This document shows positions 10,260 to 20,000 of a DNA stretch of 20,000 bases, one piece after another. Where the stretch lies: the NCBI RefSeq assembly GCF_004010195.1, contig NC_057718.1, positions 37,411,952 to 37,431,951 on the forward strand, read 5' to 3'. The notes under the pieces were generated by a model, which was not told the DNA's origin, ran no database searches, and saw only the letters and a program-made list of their open reading frames with translations. The position numbers were made by a program, and so were the translations under genes. This DNA comes from Chiloscyllium plagiosum. Its lineage: Eukaryota. How positions within the stretch are numbered: the first letter of the stretch is position 1; every line of letters begins with the position of its first letter.

Positions 10260-10421
10260 TCACCTGTAATGTGACATGAACCCAAGGTCCCAGTTGAGGC
10301 CCTCCCTATGGGTATCGAACTTAGCTATCAGCCTCTGCTCAGCCACTTTCCTCTGCTGCCTGTCCCAAAGTCCACCTTGGAGGATGGTTACCCGAAGGTC
10401 CGAGGCTGAATGTCCTGGACC
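10260..10421 (-). pseudogene. C-terminal 53 aa of a PLE GIY-YIG endonuclease (missed by the ORF track)
   Basis: GPGHSASDLRVTILQGGLWDRQQRKVAEQRLIAKFDTHREGLNWDLGFMSHYR* shows the H...DL, R...E...I..F.T...GLN.D signature of Penelope GIY-YIG domains. Confidence 0.88.
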
Positions 10422-11070
10422 AGGTGGATTAGCCACAGGAAATGTGGGTTACGGGGATAGGGTGGGATGCCTTCGATGGGATCAATGGGCCAAATAGCGC
10501 CTTTCTGCACTGTAGAGATTTTATGCTGGAAAGATTAGAGGAACAGAAGGTATATGTCTCCAGATCCTTGAAAGATGCTGAACAGTCAGAAAAGGTCGTC
10601 AAGAGTCATACGGCATGCTTGGTTTTTTTTAATCTGAGGTACATAATAGATATTCCCTCATCAGCCTGATCACAGATGTATAAGAACGGGTAGGTTACAC
10701 TGCAACTGTGCAAAGCAGCTGAATTATAGTTCTTATACCATAGCTGTCGTTGCACTAGAGAGGGTAGAGAGGAGATTTACAAGGACATTGCCTGGACTGG
10801 AGAATTTTGAGCAAAGCTTTAATATCCTCTGCCTGTTTTCTTTGTCACAGAAAAGGCTAAGCAGAGAGTGAATTGGACTATATAACCTTATGAGAGGTCT
10901 GAAAAAATTGATAGGAAGGTCCTATTACCCCTAATTGAGAGGTTCATCATCAGACCCATAGATTTTTGTGAGAATTCAGAGGTTTAGACATGATTTGACT
11001 GGGGATTTTTCCACAGAGAAGGTGATGAAGTCTGGAACTCTCAAATGTAAGAGATGATAAAAGAAGAAAT

Positions 11071-11875
11071 TCATCTACAAGACATAAGTCAGGAATGTGA
11101 TAGAATCCTTTCCAATTGGCTAGATGACTGAAGCTCCAACACATTCAAGAAGCTTATATGAGGATAAGATGGCTCAGTCAATTGGCACCCATCCACCATA
11201 AAAAATGTGCACTCCTTTCACCACTGACATAAAGTAGTAGTGTCCAAAGTGGAGAAGGCGCATTTGGGAAGGTATCGAGCACCTCGAGACTTGCCGCTGG
11301 GAAAAAGCAGAAGCCAAGCAAAAGCAATGTAAGAAGCAGGCCAGCAAACTGATGCCCCACCCATCCGTTCCCACAATCACCTTTTGCCCTAAGTGTGGCA
11401 GAGTCTATGGAAGCTGCATCAGACTGTACAGCTACCTACCACTGTGAGAGTGAAAGAGAATCACCCTCGTCTGCAAGGGACCGCCAATGATATGATGACA
11501 GCAACAGTCATGTGTGCTATCTAAAAGAATCACTGCAGCACCCTTGCCAAGGCTCTTTCAGCAGCATCTTTCAAACCCACAACCTCCACCACCAAGATGG
11601 ACATGGGTAGGAGATGCACAGGAGCACACCATCTGCAAGTGCCCCAGCGACCCAGACACACTCAGACTTGGAACCATATCATTGCAACATTAATGTTGCA
11701 AGGTCAAAATCCCAGAACTCCCTCCCTAACAATGTTGTCAGTGTTCCTACACCCCAAGGACTACAGCTGTTCAAGAAGGCAGCTCACCACTGCCTACTTC
11801 AGAGCAATTAGAAATGGGCAATAAATGCTGGCCCACCAATTGACACCCACACCCTTTGTGAAATTAAAAAAAAAA
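11071..11875 (+). mobile_element. Second CR1/L2-group LINE 3' end (11071-11243 and 11499-11875) with A-tail, split by an RTE fragment
   Basis: IYKT*VRNVIESFPIG*M..APT..FKKL...IGTHP, then ...SKSQNSLPNNVVSVPTPQGLQLFKKAAHHCLLQSN*, 3' UTR gggcaataaatgctggcc and A10. Confidence 0.82.
11244..11498 (+). mobile_element. RTE-clade LINE 3' end
   Basis: 11244-11447 is open: PKWRRRIWEGIEHLETCRWEKAEAKQKQCKKQ...TFCPKCGRVYGSCIRLYSYLPL*, resembling the RTE C-terminus (WR..I..G, CP.CGR...S.IGL.SH). It has a short UTR ending in a tga-type repeat (atgatatgatga). Confidence 0.8.
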
Positions 11876-12889
11876 CATTTTGAGTTAAAGGTAATCTGGT
11901 ATCTGAATAAAAAAAATCTCAGGCCTCTAATGGTAAATTAAACTTATTTTTGACATTGCTTTTAAAGGTCATGCAATGCACAGTCACATTTGTGACATTT
12001 GCTCAACATTAACACTATAGCTCTGAAATGTAGCCAGTCTCAAACATACGTATTGCAGTTTAGAATATGACAAAAACCACAATATAGGTTGCAGAATTTA
12101 TTTACTTTTGGACGAAATCTCCAGGGTTTAGGAAATTAATCTAAAGAAAGTGGCTGATTAGATATGATTAAATAATCAAATTAAATATGATTATTTAATT
12201 TGGGAATTAGATAAGAAATTATTTTTCTGGGATTCTGCAGACAGAGTAGGTTTAAACTCTTGGATTCCTATTAAAGATGATTCTAAAGATTAGGTTCAGA
12301 ATGTCAGATAGTAATTAAAACCTTGAGGTTATCCAGGCTGTCTCCACAGGACTCCTCGGGGCCATAAGGACAGAACCAGCTGTAAGTATATGTCTGGATC
12401 AACGTGAAGCCAGAAATCCCAACTGCTGTGGAGAAATGATGTGTTTGTTTGTCACACTAGGAGGTTGTCATCAGCCCAGTATGAGGCTATCCCTCCCAAG
12501 AACAAGAGATGAATCAAATGCTAATGATCACAAAATCAAGCAGCCTTACAATAAGAGAGCCCATGCAGTTCAAATTGCTAACTGAGTAAAGCTTTTAACA
12601 CACATTTTCAGCAACACAATTAACCAACAAAAGGTTGATGTGCTATAAGTGATCAAAGGACCCGGTTCCATCAAAGATTGCTGTTACACTGAGCTGTTCT
12701 AATTTTCAATGATTTTCAATGTTGTGCTGGTGTCATCATGGTAGATGTTAGAATGGCTCAAACATAGGAGTAATTTTTATTACTTTCATGAAAAAAAGAA
12801 CATTGTTCTGATTAAATAATGTTTGTTAAATTCTATAAATTTGGTGTTAAACAAATTGCCAGCACCAGTTTCTGCAATAAGAATTTTAC

Positions 12890-12958
12890 CTGCACTTTGT
12901 GCAAGAACAATTCCTTTTGAAGACATTCCTGGTCACATTCCTATTAGTTAATCTCCTG
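12890..12958 (-). other. Candidate 69-nt exon (phase 2-2) of an unidentified host gene
   Basis: Strong acceptor gtttgttgctttctctgcag (tandem CAGCAG) and donor CAG|gtaaaa. Only one frame is open: RRLTNRNVTRNVFKRNCSCTKC. Confidence 0.4.
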
Positions 12959-14078
12959 CTGCAGAGAAAGCAACAAACCTTGGGGGTGGTGGGGTGGAGT
13001 GGGGGTGGGGGGGTGCATAGAGAGAGGCTGAAGAAACTGCAACTGACTGAAAGAGTAGATCAGAAATTCCGACAGTTGGATAATCAGTCATGCAGGGTAA
13101 GTGAGCATCAGGACCATGCAGAGACCCTAATACAGTTGCCTCTGCAAGAATTGTCCAGAACATTTAAAATTCCATTCAGGAAATTATCAGATGTCTGGAA
13201 CCCTCACAGTCAGTGATATTGGACAGCTCTGACTCACTTCAGCTCACTGGGAAAAGTTACAGGATTAAAAACCCAATCTCACTATTGGGTAACTGATAAA
13301 CCAAAGACCCATTTTATCACTGACCCACCCAACACCTTTGGGCCCTGCAAAAGTAGCTTCCCCCCAATGTCTGACACCATTTTGCCCCACATGTTTGCCA
13401 CCCCAACCCTCCCTGACCTTGCTGGGCTCCTGACACCACATTTTCTCAACCTCCCTTAAACACCCAACTATCTACCCAACATCCTAACCCCCTCACTTAG
13501 CTGTTAGTCTATTCCCGAACTACTGGATATACCACAGCCCTCACCCACCTCACCAAACAACCCGCACTCATCTTAGATGCTTACCTTTTCTCAATAATTG
13601 TCAAAGTGCCTGCAGGACATTTAAACTGAAGAGTATAGCACCTTAACTGCAGTGAAAGGGGAGGGGTTTTGATGAAGCTTCTCTCTGCTGCTGGCTGCGA
13701 TGTTTCCAGGATTGGTCACTGCATAATGGAAGGTTACTGTCCAGGAAATGCAAGGGCGAGACTGAACAAAATGGCAATCAGCGTGGACTTTTTGTGTCTG
13801 ATTAGGGCGAGAGACAGTGTCTGATTGGAAAATCTCAGCCATATATTTTCTCACCCCGACCTTGGCAATGACGAGACGACAGGCTGAGTGAAGAGGCCAG
13901 TCAGTTCCAGAAATCCTTCATAAAATTTACAAATAAGCATATTTTTAAGGCGGCAATGATTCTCTCTCCCCTCTCCATTAGGAGTGGTGACATTGACAGA
14001 CAGCATGGCATCTAAGATGGAGTATTGAGTCAGAATGGGAAGTAATGCAGAAAACAGACCCTGCTGGAATCTCCACAG

Positions 14079-14098
14079 CACACATACACACACACACA
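14079..14098. repeat. Short (CA)n microsatellite
   Basis: cacacatacacacacacaca. Confidence 0.7.
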
Positions 14099-16895
14099 GC
14101 ACTTGAAACAATTTTAAAAATCTTGGGATAAGAATCAGACTTCAGTGTGTAAATGTTTCCAGTGCAAAACAGAGATTATTACATGCTCCTGTGCTCCAGT
14201 ACATAATCCTACACCAGAGATCACTTCTAAGGGTAGGTTTTCCAAATGTGAACTCCCAGTGGAAGCAGAAGAGTGCAAAATTGATCCCTCATCATGGGGC
14301 CCCAGATCAAAAGTATGTGAAAACAGTAAGGGGTGGGCAATAGAGACAGCTGAAGGCAGGGGCAGGGCGGAGGCTGTCAGTGTTGCCCTTCCTACCTTCT
14401 CAATACTGGGTTCCCTGATTGGGCATAGAGTGCACCAGTAAATTGTGTTAGGGCTCAAGAGACAATAAGCTCATGATTGACATCCGGCTGAGAATCCAGT
14501 ATCAGCCCTTTCTGATTTAATTGGAGGAGGTTTTTCTGTCACTAGGGGATGGACACAGGACCCCTCCTACAATTAAGTGGGTCCAGCCGCTATAGTTGCC
14601 ACTGCCTTGAACTGCATTAAACCCAGCCCTCTATCTCCACTCTCGTGCTTGACAGCCAGCCACCGTGAGGAGATTATGATTCTGCGAGCTGATATGGTCA
14701 TCAACCCTATTTTATCATCACTGCTGGAAAGTGTTTGACCTCCTCCCGGAAAAGGCTTTGAAAGAAGTTATTTTGATTTCCCCTCAGTATGAATGTGGCA
14801 CCTGGCATGAAAAAAATACAGAACACATGAAAACATTTGGAACGAGGAATGAAAATATGGAAAATTATACAAAACCACTAAAAGGGGCTATGTTTCCTTA
14901 GCCCATTGCTGCCTGTGTAGCAATAAGACATGTACATTGTTCATGGCAGGCAGGACTTTAAACACAGTAAACTTAGAATGAAGCATGAAAGATTGAATGG
15001 CTTTGACACGTTGCAGTTCCTGATCAAAACATTTGCTGTGCAGATGAAAGCCAGGCTCTTATTCAATACTGACCACAAAAAGGATTTATTCCATTTCTAC
15101 ACCAACAAAACCCTCCAAAATACACCAGTTAAAAAAAACACACTCAAATCAAGTGAAATAAACTTACAATATGAAGAGAAAGTTCAAATATCTGATGGAC
15201 ACTCAATCCACTCTTGAGATATACTGAGTCGTGATGGAAATTGTTTCAAACGTCCGGTCATGTATCGCCCTCTGGCTATTAACTCTTGGGTTACTAGGTT
15301 TTGCTTTAAGTAGCTAATTTTATTTTAATTTCTGGTCTTTCAAGTCCTTCAGTATTGCAGATACAGCTATATTCCCATGCTGACATTCATTTTAGTTCTT
15401 GATTTTTGACAATGCCAGTTCACAACTGGCTGGTAAAACAGGGGAAAGATGACTGACTGTGTGATTTCCCAAATATTTTGTTAATATATGCACATCATAA
15501 AGTTATTTTAGGCTTTTCAGCCTTTGCAGTAGAAACATACACACTATTTTAATCTGAACAGTGCAGCAAGACAACCTGACCACCATTAAAGGGAGAACGT
15601 GACCACTTTGAAATTCTCTGACATGGAGTCTACACTGAACGAGGTCTTTAGCAAATTCATAGCTACCATGATGAATGTTAACGCTGTGGTTGTGAAGCTC
15701 CAGCCTTGTATGGGGAAAACATAAATCAGGCCCATTCAAACCCGAGTTTGTCTCCAAACCTTATTCCCACAATATTTCTTTCTAAGGCACACAGACAATG
15801 ACGGATCAGGCTTTGTGAGCTGTGATGCAATGCGAGAGCACTATGAGCGGAGTGTGAGTTCAGAAGTGAGCTCGTGGTAATATCCAGTCATTTCTTAGAG
15901 ATAACAGCCCCACTCCCAAAACTGATCTTATGTTCTTTAAACCTCATGTTTCTATACCCCCCACTCTATTTACCTTCCATACTCCAATGCCCCCTCTTCT
16001 AAATTCTCCTTTGCCCTCACCATGTTCCCACTTTCTCCCCATATCCCCCATGTATCCTCAAATGCTAACCCCTCCCTCCCACCATTATAGCAATATGTCA
16101 GGGTGTATTTAAAATAGAGATTGAATAAATAAACTAACCTAACAGGTCTGTCTTTACAACTCACTTCATGTTGAAAAACACTGTCATTATCTAAAACTAC
16201 TAAAAAAAATGAAATTCCCTCAGTTTGTCAATCTGTTGTAAAACCAGTTATTCATTTACGATGTCAAAAACAGATAGCCTTTTAATAACCATCAATCATA
16301 ACGCAAACGCAGTTTATGTTAAGGTTATGTGGTTCAAAACCTTTAGAAATTCACCCAAACCTTCATAATGGGCTCAGCTGTAATGTGCTCAGTCCTCAGT
16401 CCTGACATTAAAAAGGTTAATGGCTTTTTCCTAAGCCAAACACATCCTATCAATCAAAGTTGTCCAGGAGTAAATGGCTGCTATTTTTCTCTAAAAGGTT
16501 TTCTTTTAACTTTAAACTTTCTAGGCATTTAAAACACTTTGGATCATAATATTAGAATACTCAAGCCCTGTTTTCTTCAGTCTTGAATGCATAAGAGCAT
16601 TTTACCCAACGGCAAAAGTGGCCTTTTACATTTCAACACTTAATCAATGCTGTTCAGTGTAATGGTCAGGCAGAGGCCTATAAAGAACTGTTGCAGTTGG
16701 AATACATCTACATGATAATACAATACATAATAGTAACATTTGAAGTTGTCAGACCATTTAACGTGAACATATCAAAATGTTCCTCAGCAACTTTCCCAGT
16801 GAACACACACTCTCCAATGAGATGTGTTTTTAGGGCTTCCAAACTCACACCAGGACTCAAACATAGTTAAAAGGTAAGAAGTTTAAATTACTTAC

Positions 16896-16980
16896 AGGAC
16901 TTGTGATAAAAGTGTGCAGGATCATGATCCAAAGTCTTCAAGTCAGGTAAAAAGGGCACCCAAATGGGATCGGAAAAACC
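16896..16980 (-). CDS. Candidate 85-nt coding exon, unidentified gene
   Basis: Acceptor ccatttacattgcag and donor CCT|gtaagt. The single open frame, GFSDPIWVPFLPDLKTLDHDPAHFYHKS, is in phase with candidate exon 17355-17407. Confidence 0.4.
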
Positions 16981-17354
16981 CTGCAATGTAAATGGATCAT
17001 TCATGTGCCCATTCCCACACCTATCATCAGAGGAAAATTTGGCTGTGTGAATTCCAGTTCTCAGTAACATGGCTTGTGTGGATTCACAAACTTGAGAACA
17101 CCTTCACATAGAACTTCAGTAGTTTCTTTACTATGCGGCTTTCAGCTAATAAAGATCTCTTAACAATTTGCTGCAGGATGAAGGAATTACTTTAGCTGCT
17201 AGGAAAAGAGCATTCCCATGAATGATCCTTCACCAGTGATCACCAATGAGTAGCACTGTCATTGAACAGTAATTCTTCTTACTCATGAATGCAGCTGTGG
17301 TCGAGGCAATGACAAGGGTACAAGGAATGGAACCTACACTGATCAGAATCTTAC

Positions 17355-17407
17355 CGTGTCTTGAAAAGGAAGGTGTTTCCACAAAATAGATTTACTCATT
17401 AATCTTG
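17355..17407 (-). CDS. Candidate 53-nt coding exon, unidentified gene
   Basis: Acceptor atacatttttatttag and donor ACG|gtaaga. The single open frame, RLMSKSILWKHLPFQDT, ends in phase 0. Confidence 0.4.
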
Positions 17408-17890
17408 CTAAATAAAAATGTATATCTGACTTCATGAGATAATTGTGAATGGAATGTTGGGAGCTGTGACACAGTTCTCTTCCAGCTGTAACCTTGACAG
17501 CTCTGGGCTGCAGGACCCTGCATCATTTGAGAGTCTTGACCTGTGCAGGAAGATTCAGCTCTGAGAGACTGGGCCTGGATCTAACTGGCAACATAAGGAT
17601 AGCATCTCTGCAATGACTCATCTGATCCTTCACCACTTCCTCATTTTTAACCTATATCCTGAACCATTTGACACACAAGAGATTTCACTAAAAGTTTCAG
17701 CTGTACAAACAGTTCTGAATAAAAGACAGTTATCAACTTTGAACTGTTGTCAAGCAGGCGCCAAAAAATTTCTCTAAGTTCTTATGTGCCGAAGGCCAAA
17801 ATAGCACAGAAACACTTGGAAAGTTCTTTTTGTATCAGGAGCAACACACTGCGAGAGGGTGGCTAGCAAAGTGTTGGAACTCGTTCGGAT

Positions 17891-18232
17891 GGGTGGCACG
17901 ATGGATCAGTGGTTAGTACTGCTGCTTCACAGCACCAGGGACCCAGAGCTCGATCCCAGCCTCGGGCTAATGTCTGTGTGGTGTTTGTCCATTCTCCCTG
18001 TGTCTGCATGGGTTTGCTCCAGTTTCCTCCCACAGTCCAAACATGTGCAGGTTAGGTGAATTGGCCATGCTAAATTGCCCATAGTGTTCAGGGATGTATA
18101 AGCTAGGGGCATTAGTTAGGAGAATATGTAGAGCATTAGGGCAGAGGAATGGGTCTGGGTGGGATACTCTTCAGAGGGTTGGTGTGGGCTTGTTGGGCCA
18201 AATGGCCTTTTTCCAGTCTATAGTGATTCTAT
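17891..18232 (+). mobile_element. Near full-length HE1-type V-SINE
   Basis: tRNA head gggtggcacgatggatcagtggttag...gctcgatccc (A and B boxes each with a substitution), V-domain tttcctcccacagtccaaacatgtgcaggttaggtgaattggccatgctaaattgccc, and CR1-like tail ttgggccaaatggcc...gattctat. Confidence 0.92.
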
Positions 18233-18399
18233 ACTGACATTGTTGCAGTTTCTCATTGTCAGTGGGTTACAGACTGTGATTATTAGCTCTCTTGCTATTG
18301 TCATGACGAAACAAAAGCACACAAGTTATCTTTAGTACAATGGAATGTCAAAGTATGGTTTGATATTATTTACAGCAGGTACATCTACACGACCCACTA

Positions 18400-19170
18400 A
18401 ATGACAGGTTGAACCTATGCCCATGGCCTCTCCAATGAGCTGCTCCATCTATGGGTAAGCAAGGGGCATGGGTACACTGCTGACTCATGCTTGCCTTGGT
18501 CTGAGATACCTGTGGCACTCCCCTTTGGTGTGCACTTGCTGGCAGCTGTCTTGGCATTTCTGTGGGGGCAGCCTCAGTCACAGTGTGCGATGCCGCAGAT
18601 GTTTCTGACATCAGAGGAACCATGGAAGCAGATGATGATGGTGTCAAAGCCACATCAGCTCCAGCATGATGCCTTTTCTCACTGGAAGACACCATAAGCT
18701 GGGACATAGGTTGGCTATATGGCTGGTTTTCTGATGTAGTCCGACACCAGGAGTTCAATTCCTGCACTGGCTGAGATTACTATGAAGGGGTCTCCTTCTC
18801 AATCTTTCTGCTTGCCTGAGACATGATGACCATCAGGTTAAACCACAATCTCTTGAATGAGAGAGTCACTCTACGGTCTGGCAAGTCCATGGTGTTCCAT
18901 TATTCTTTGTACCATTTGCACAACTGCCTGATTAATCCTACAGACTGCAGCATGCATTCACTCCATGTTAGTGTACAGTTCCAGCATTTACTCTCACTTC
19001 TGGCTATCCATGTGATTGGCCATTATCTCAATGCAGAAACTCATACATTCAAAATGCTGAGATGCTGTGGAGATTAACAGACTCCTGCATTCTCATTGCA
19101 ATGACTATGCAGTGCCTCCAGTAACTCTGGCAAGAGGGCAACTATCAGATTCTGACTCCCCAGCTAGAGT
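18400..19170 (-). pseudogene. Possible decayed companion (Myb/SANT-type) ORF of a Harbinger transposon, split by a SINE
   Basis: Broken helical segment ELLEALHS..MRMQESVN..AFECMSFCIEIMANHMDSQ (about 19125-18990), followed by an S/T/A/P-rich tail (ORF 18366-18767). This resembles recalled fish/shark Harbinger second ORFs, but the Myb domain itself is not seen. Confidence 0.3.
18698..18908 (+). mobile_element. Degraded tRNA-derived SINE
   Basis: Head gctgggacataggttggctatatggctgg, B-box gttcaattcc (about 18753-18762), and body caggttaaaccac...aatgagagag...ggtctggcaagtccatgg, recalled as a common shark SINE. Confidence 0.6.
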
Positions 19171-19320
19171 GACTGCCAATGTTTTACACCTCTACCCTAC
19201 TATGCAGGACTGCACCTGCCCTCCGTGATGGGAAAGGGACTGACTACACAACACTGCATTCCCCATAGCCTCCTGCTTTGCACATCTCACCCTTTCTAAT
19301 CTCACCCTCCTTCAAGACAG

Positions 19321-19875
19321 ATGGAGGAAATGGAAGAGGAGGGATCCAAGGAGGCAGAGGATTGGATTACTGTCAAAAGCAGGAAGAGGAAACCTCCCAA
19401 AGCCACCCACCGAAGGGGGAAGCGACAGCGACACCTACACGACGAGGATACAGGCAGTTCTTCCGACGGTGAGGACGGACGCAAGGAGGGTCGTCACCAG
19501 AGGAAGAGACAGAGCGCCGCGGGGAAAAAGGAGGGCAGCACCGCCCAAGCAGGAAAAGATGGTCCCTCTGAGGGGATGGGTAAAGGCCTCCCCCCACCCA
19601 GTGAGAACCAAGAGGTACCCACTGGCCCACAGCTCCAGGTAACTGGGAGCAGCGGTCCTGTGATAGCCCCGCTGTCAGATGGAGAACTGGACTATGCGGA
19701 CTCTGGGCCCGACCCAAAGACACCAGAGCGGGGAAATGGCTCCAATGTGGAGCCAGACAGCTACCTCAGTCCTGGAAGGGTCCAGCAGTTTGCCGTCACC
19801 ACGGGGATGCACACAGCTACCCCAGAGGGGCAAGACCAGCAGCAAATGGACAGTGTTAACCTCGAAAACTGTTAA
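19321..19875 (+). CDS. C-terminal part of LINE ORF1 (Tx1-like), 184 aa open
   Basis: Acidic/basic low-complexity protein with a W.TV.SRKRK motif, directly upstream of ORF2. There is an in-frame stop at 19297-19299 and no upstream zinc knuckle, so it is truncated. Confidence 0.7.
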   Translation: MEEMEEEGSKEAEDWITVKSRKRKPPKATHRRGKRQRHLHDEDTGSSSDGEDGRKEGRHQRKRQSAAGKKEGSTAQAGKDGPSEGMGKGLPPPSENQEVPTGPQLQVTGSSGPVIAPLSDGELDYADSGPDPKTPERGNGSNVEPDSYLSPGRVQQFAVTTGMHTATPEGQDQQQMDSVNLENC

Positions 19876-19876
19876 A

Positions 19877-19999
19877 AAGGGGTTAAAAATTGCCAGCATC
19901 AATGTGCGTAGCATCAAATCGGCTACGCGATGTGTTTCTACGATGGCCTTCCTGGCCAACGTTAAAGCCGACGTCCTGTTTCTGCAGGAGTGTGGGATA
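19877..19999 (+). CDS. N-terminus of LINE ORF2, apurinic-like (APE) endonuclease (partial)
   Basis: KGLKIASINVRSIKSATRCVSTMAFLANVKADVLFLQECGI contains the S.NVR and D...LQE endonuclease motifs. The first codon is AAG rather than ATG. Confidence 0.88.
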
Positions 20000-20000
20000 C

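Larger units (their letters stand above)
9568..10421 (-). mobile_element. Penelope-like retroelement, 5'-truncated (GIY-YIG C-terminus, CA-rich 3' UTR, ribozyme-bearing terminal repeat)
   Basis: TSD aggtgga (9561-9567 and 10422-10428), an open endonuclease-tail frame at 10260-10421, and a hammerhead at 9624-9658. Confidence 0.9.
9416..10525 (+). mobile_element. HE1-type V-SINE (9416-9567 and 10429-10525), interrupted by a PLE
   Basis: B-box ggttcaattc, V-domain tgtctgtgtggagtttgca..ttct.cctgtg.ctgcgtg.gtttc...ctccggtttcctcccacagtccaaagatgtg, and tail gggccaaatagcgcctttctgcactgtagagattttatg. Homologous to 17891-18232. Confidence 0.88.
9282..11070 (+). mobile_element. Old CR1-clade LINE ORF2 remnant in two pieces (9282-9415 and 10526-11070), split by HE1 SINE/PLE
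   Basis: VDNDEENYRL*EDINELV...EFSSEKCEVTH...TREY, then after the SINE LERLEEQKVYVSRSLKDAEQSEKVVK...ALERVERRFTRTLPGLENF...VWNS. The CR1 motifs are collinear and carry many stops and indels. Confidence 0.85.
19315..20000 (+). mobile_element. Tx1/L1-clade LINE, 5'-truncated within ORF1 and running off the window
   Basis: Abrupt shift to GC/CpG-rich sequence. A low-complexity ORF1 tail is followed 1 nt after its stop by an APE endonuclease frame. Confidence 0.85.

Noticed and set aside
9992..10285. 97-aa His/Thr-rich ORF
   Set aside because: Translation of the (CA)n tract in the PLE 3' UTR.
15581..15703. Possible minus-strand exon (LELHNHSVNIHHGSYEFAKDLVQCRLHV... or WSFTTTALTFIMVAMNLL...)
   Set aside because: AAG acceptor and weak gtcagg donor, ambiguous frame, no recognised homology.
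16165..16199. 35-nt minus-strand micro-exon in phase with 16896-16980 (LVLDNDSVFQHE)
   Set aside because: Lies in what looks like an old repeat, so the splice signals may be repeat-derived.
17891..17960. tRNA gene
   Set aside because: It is the tRNA-derived head of an HE1 SINE. It has no complete cloverleaf and continues into the V-domain.
19373..19959. Minus-strand ORFs of 116 and 94 aa
   Set aside because: Antisense shadows of the GC-rich LINE ORF1/ORF2.
1..20000. CRISPR arrays, operons or other prokaryotic systems
   Set aside because: No repeat-spacer arrays or gene-dense coding; the window is vertebrate-type repetitive DNA.

Overview
Eukaryotic, repeat-rich non-coding DNA. The repeat families (HE1-type V-SINEs, DeuSINE remnants, CR1 and Penelope fragments) suggest a cartilaginous fish, probably a shark (inference). 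There is no intact protein-coding gene, and most of the supplied ORFs are spurious or transposon-derived. Main content: (1) four minimal hammerhead-ribozyme motifs on the minus strand, in two families of Penelope-like element (PLE) terminal repeats. Three of them sit in very short, partly inverted insertions, two of which have exact target-site duplications. (2) A nested retroelement stack at about 9.3-11.9 kb: CR1 > HE1 SINE > PLE, and a second CR1-type LINE > RTE. (3) A decayed Harbinger transposase. (4) The 5'-truncated start of a CpG-rich Tx1/L1-clade LINE at the right edge. (5) Several SINEs. (6) A few candidate minus-strand exons of an unidentified host transcript. All family names come from recalled motifs, not from database searches.
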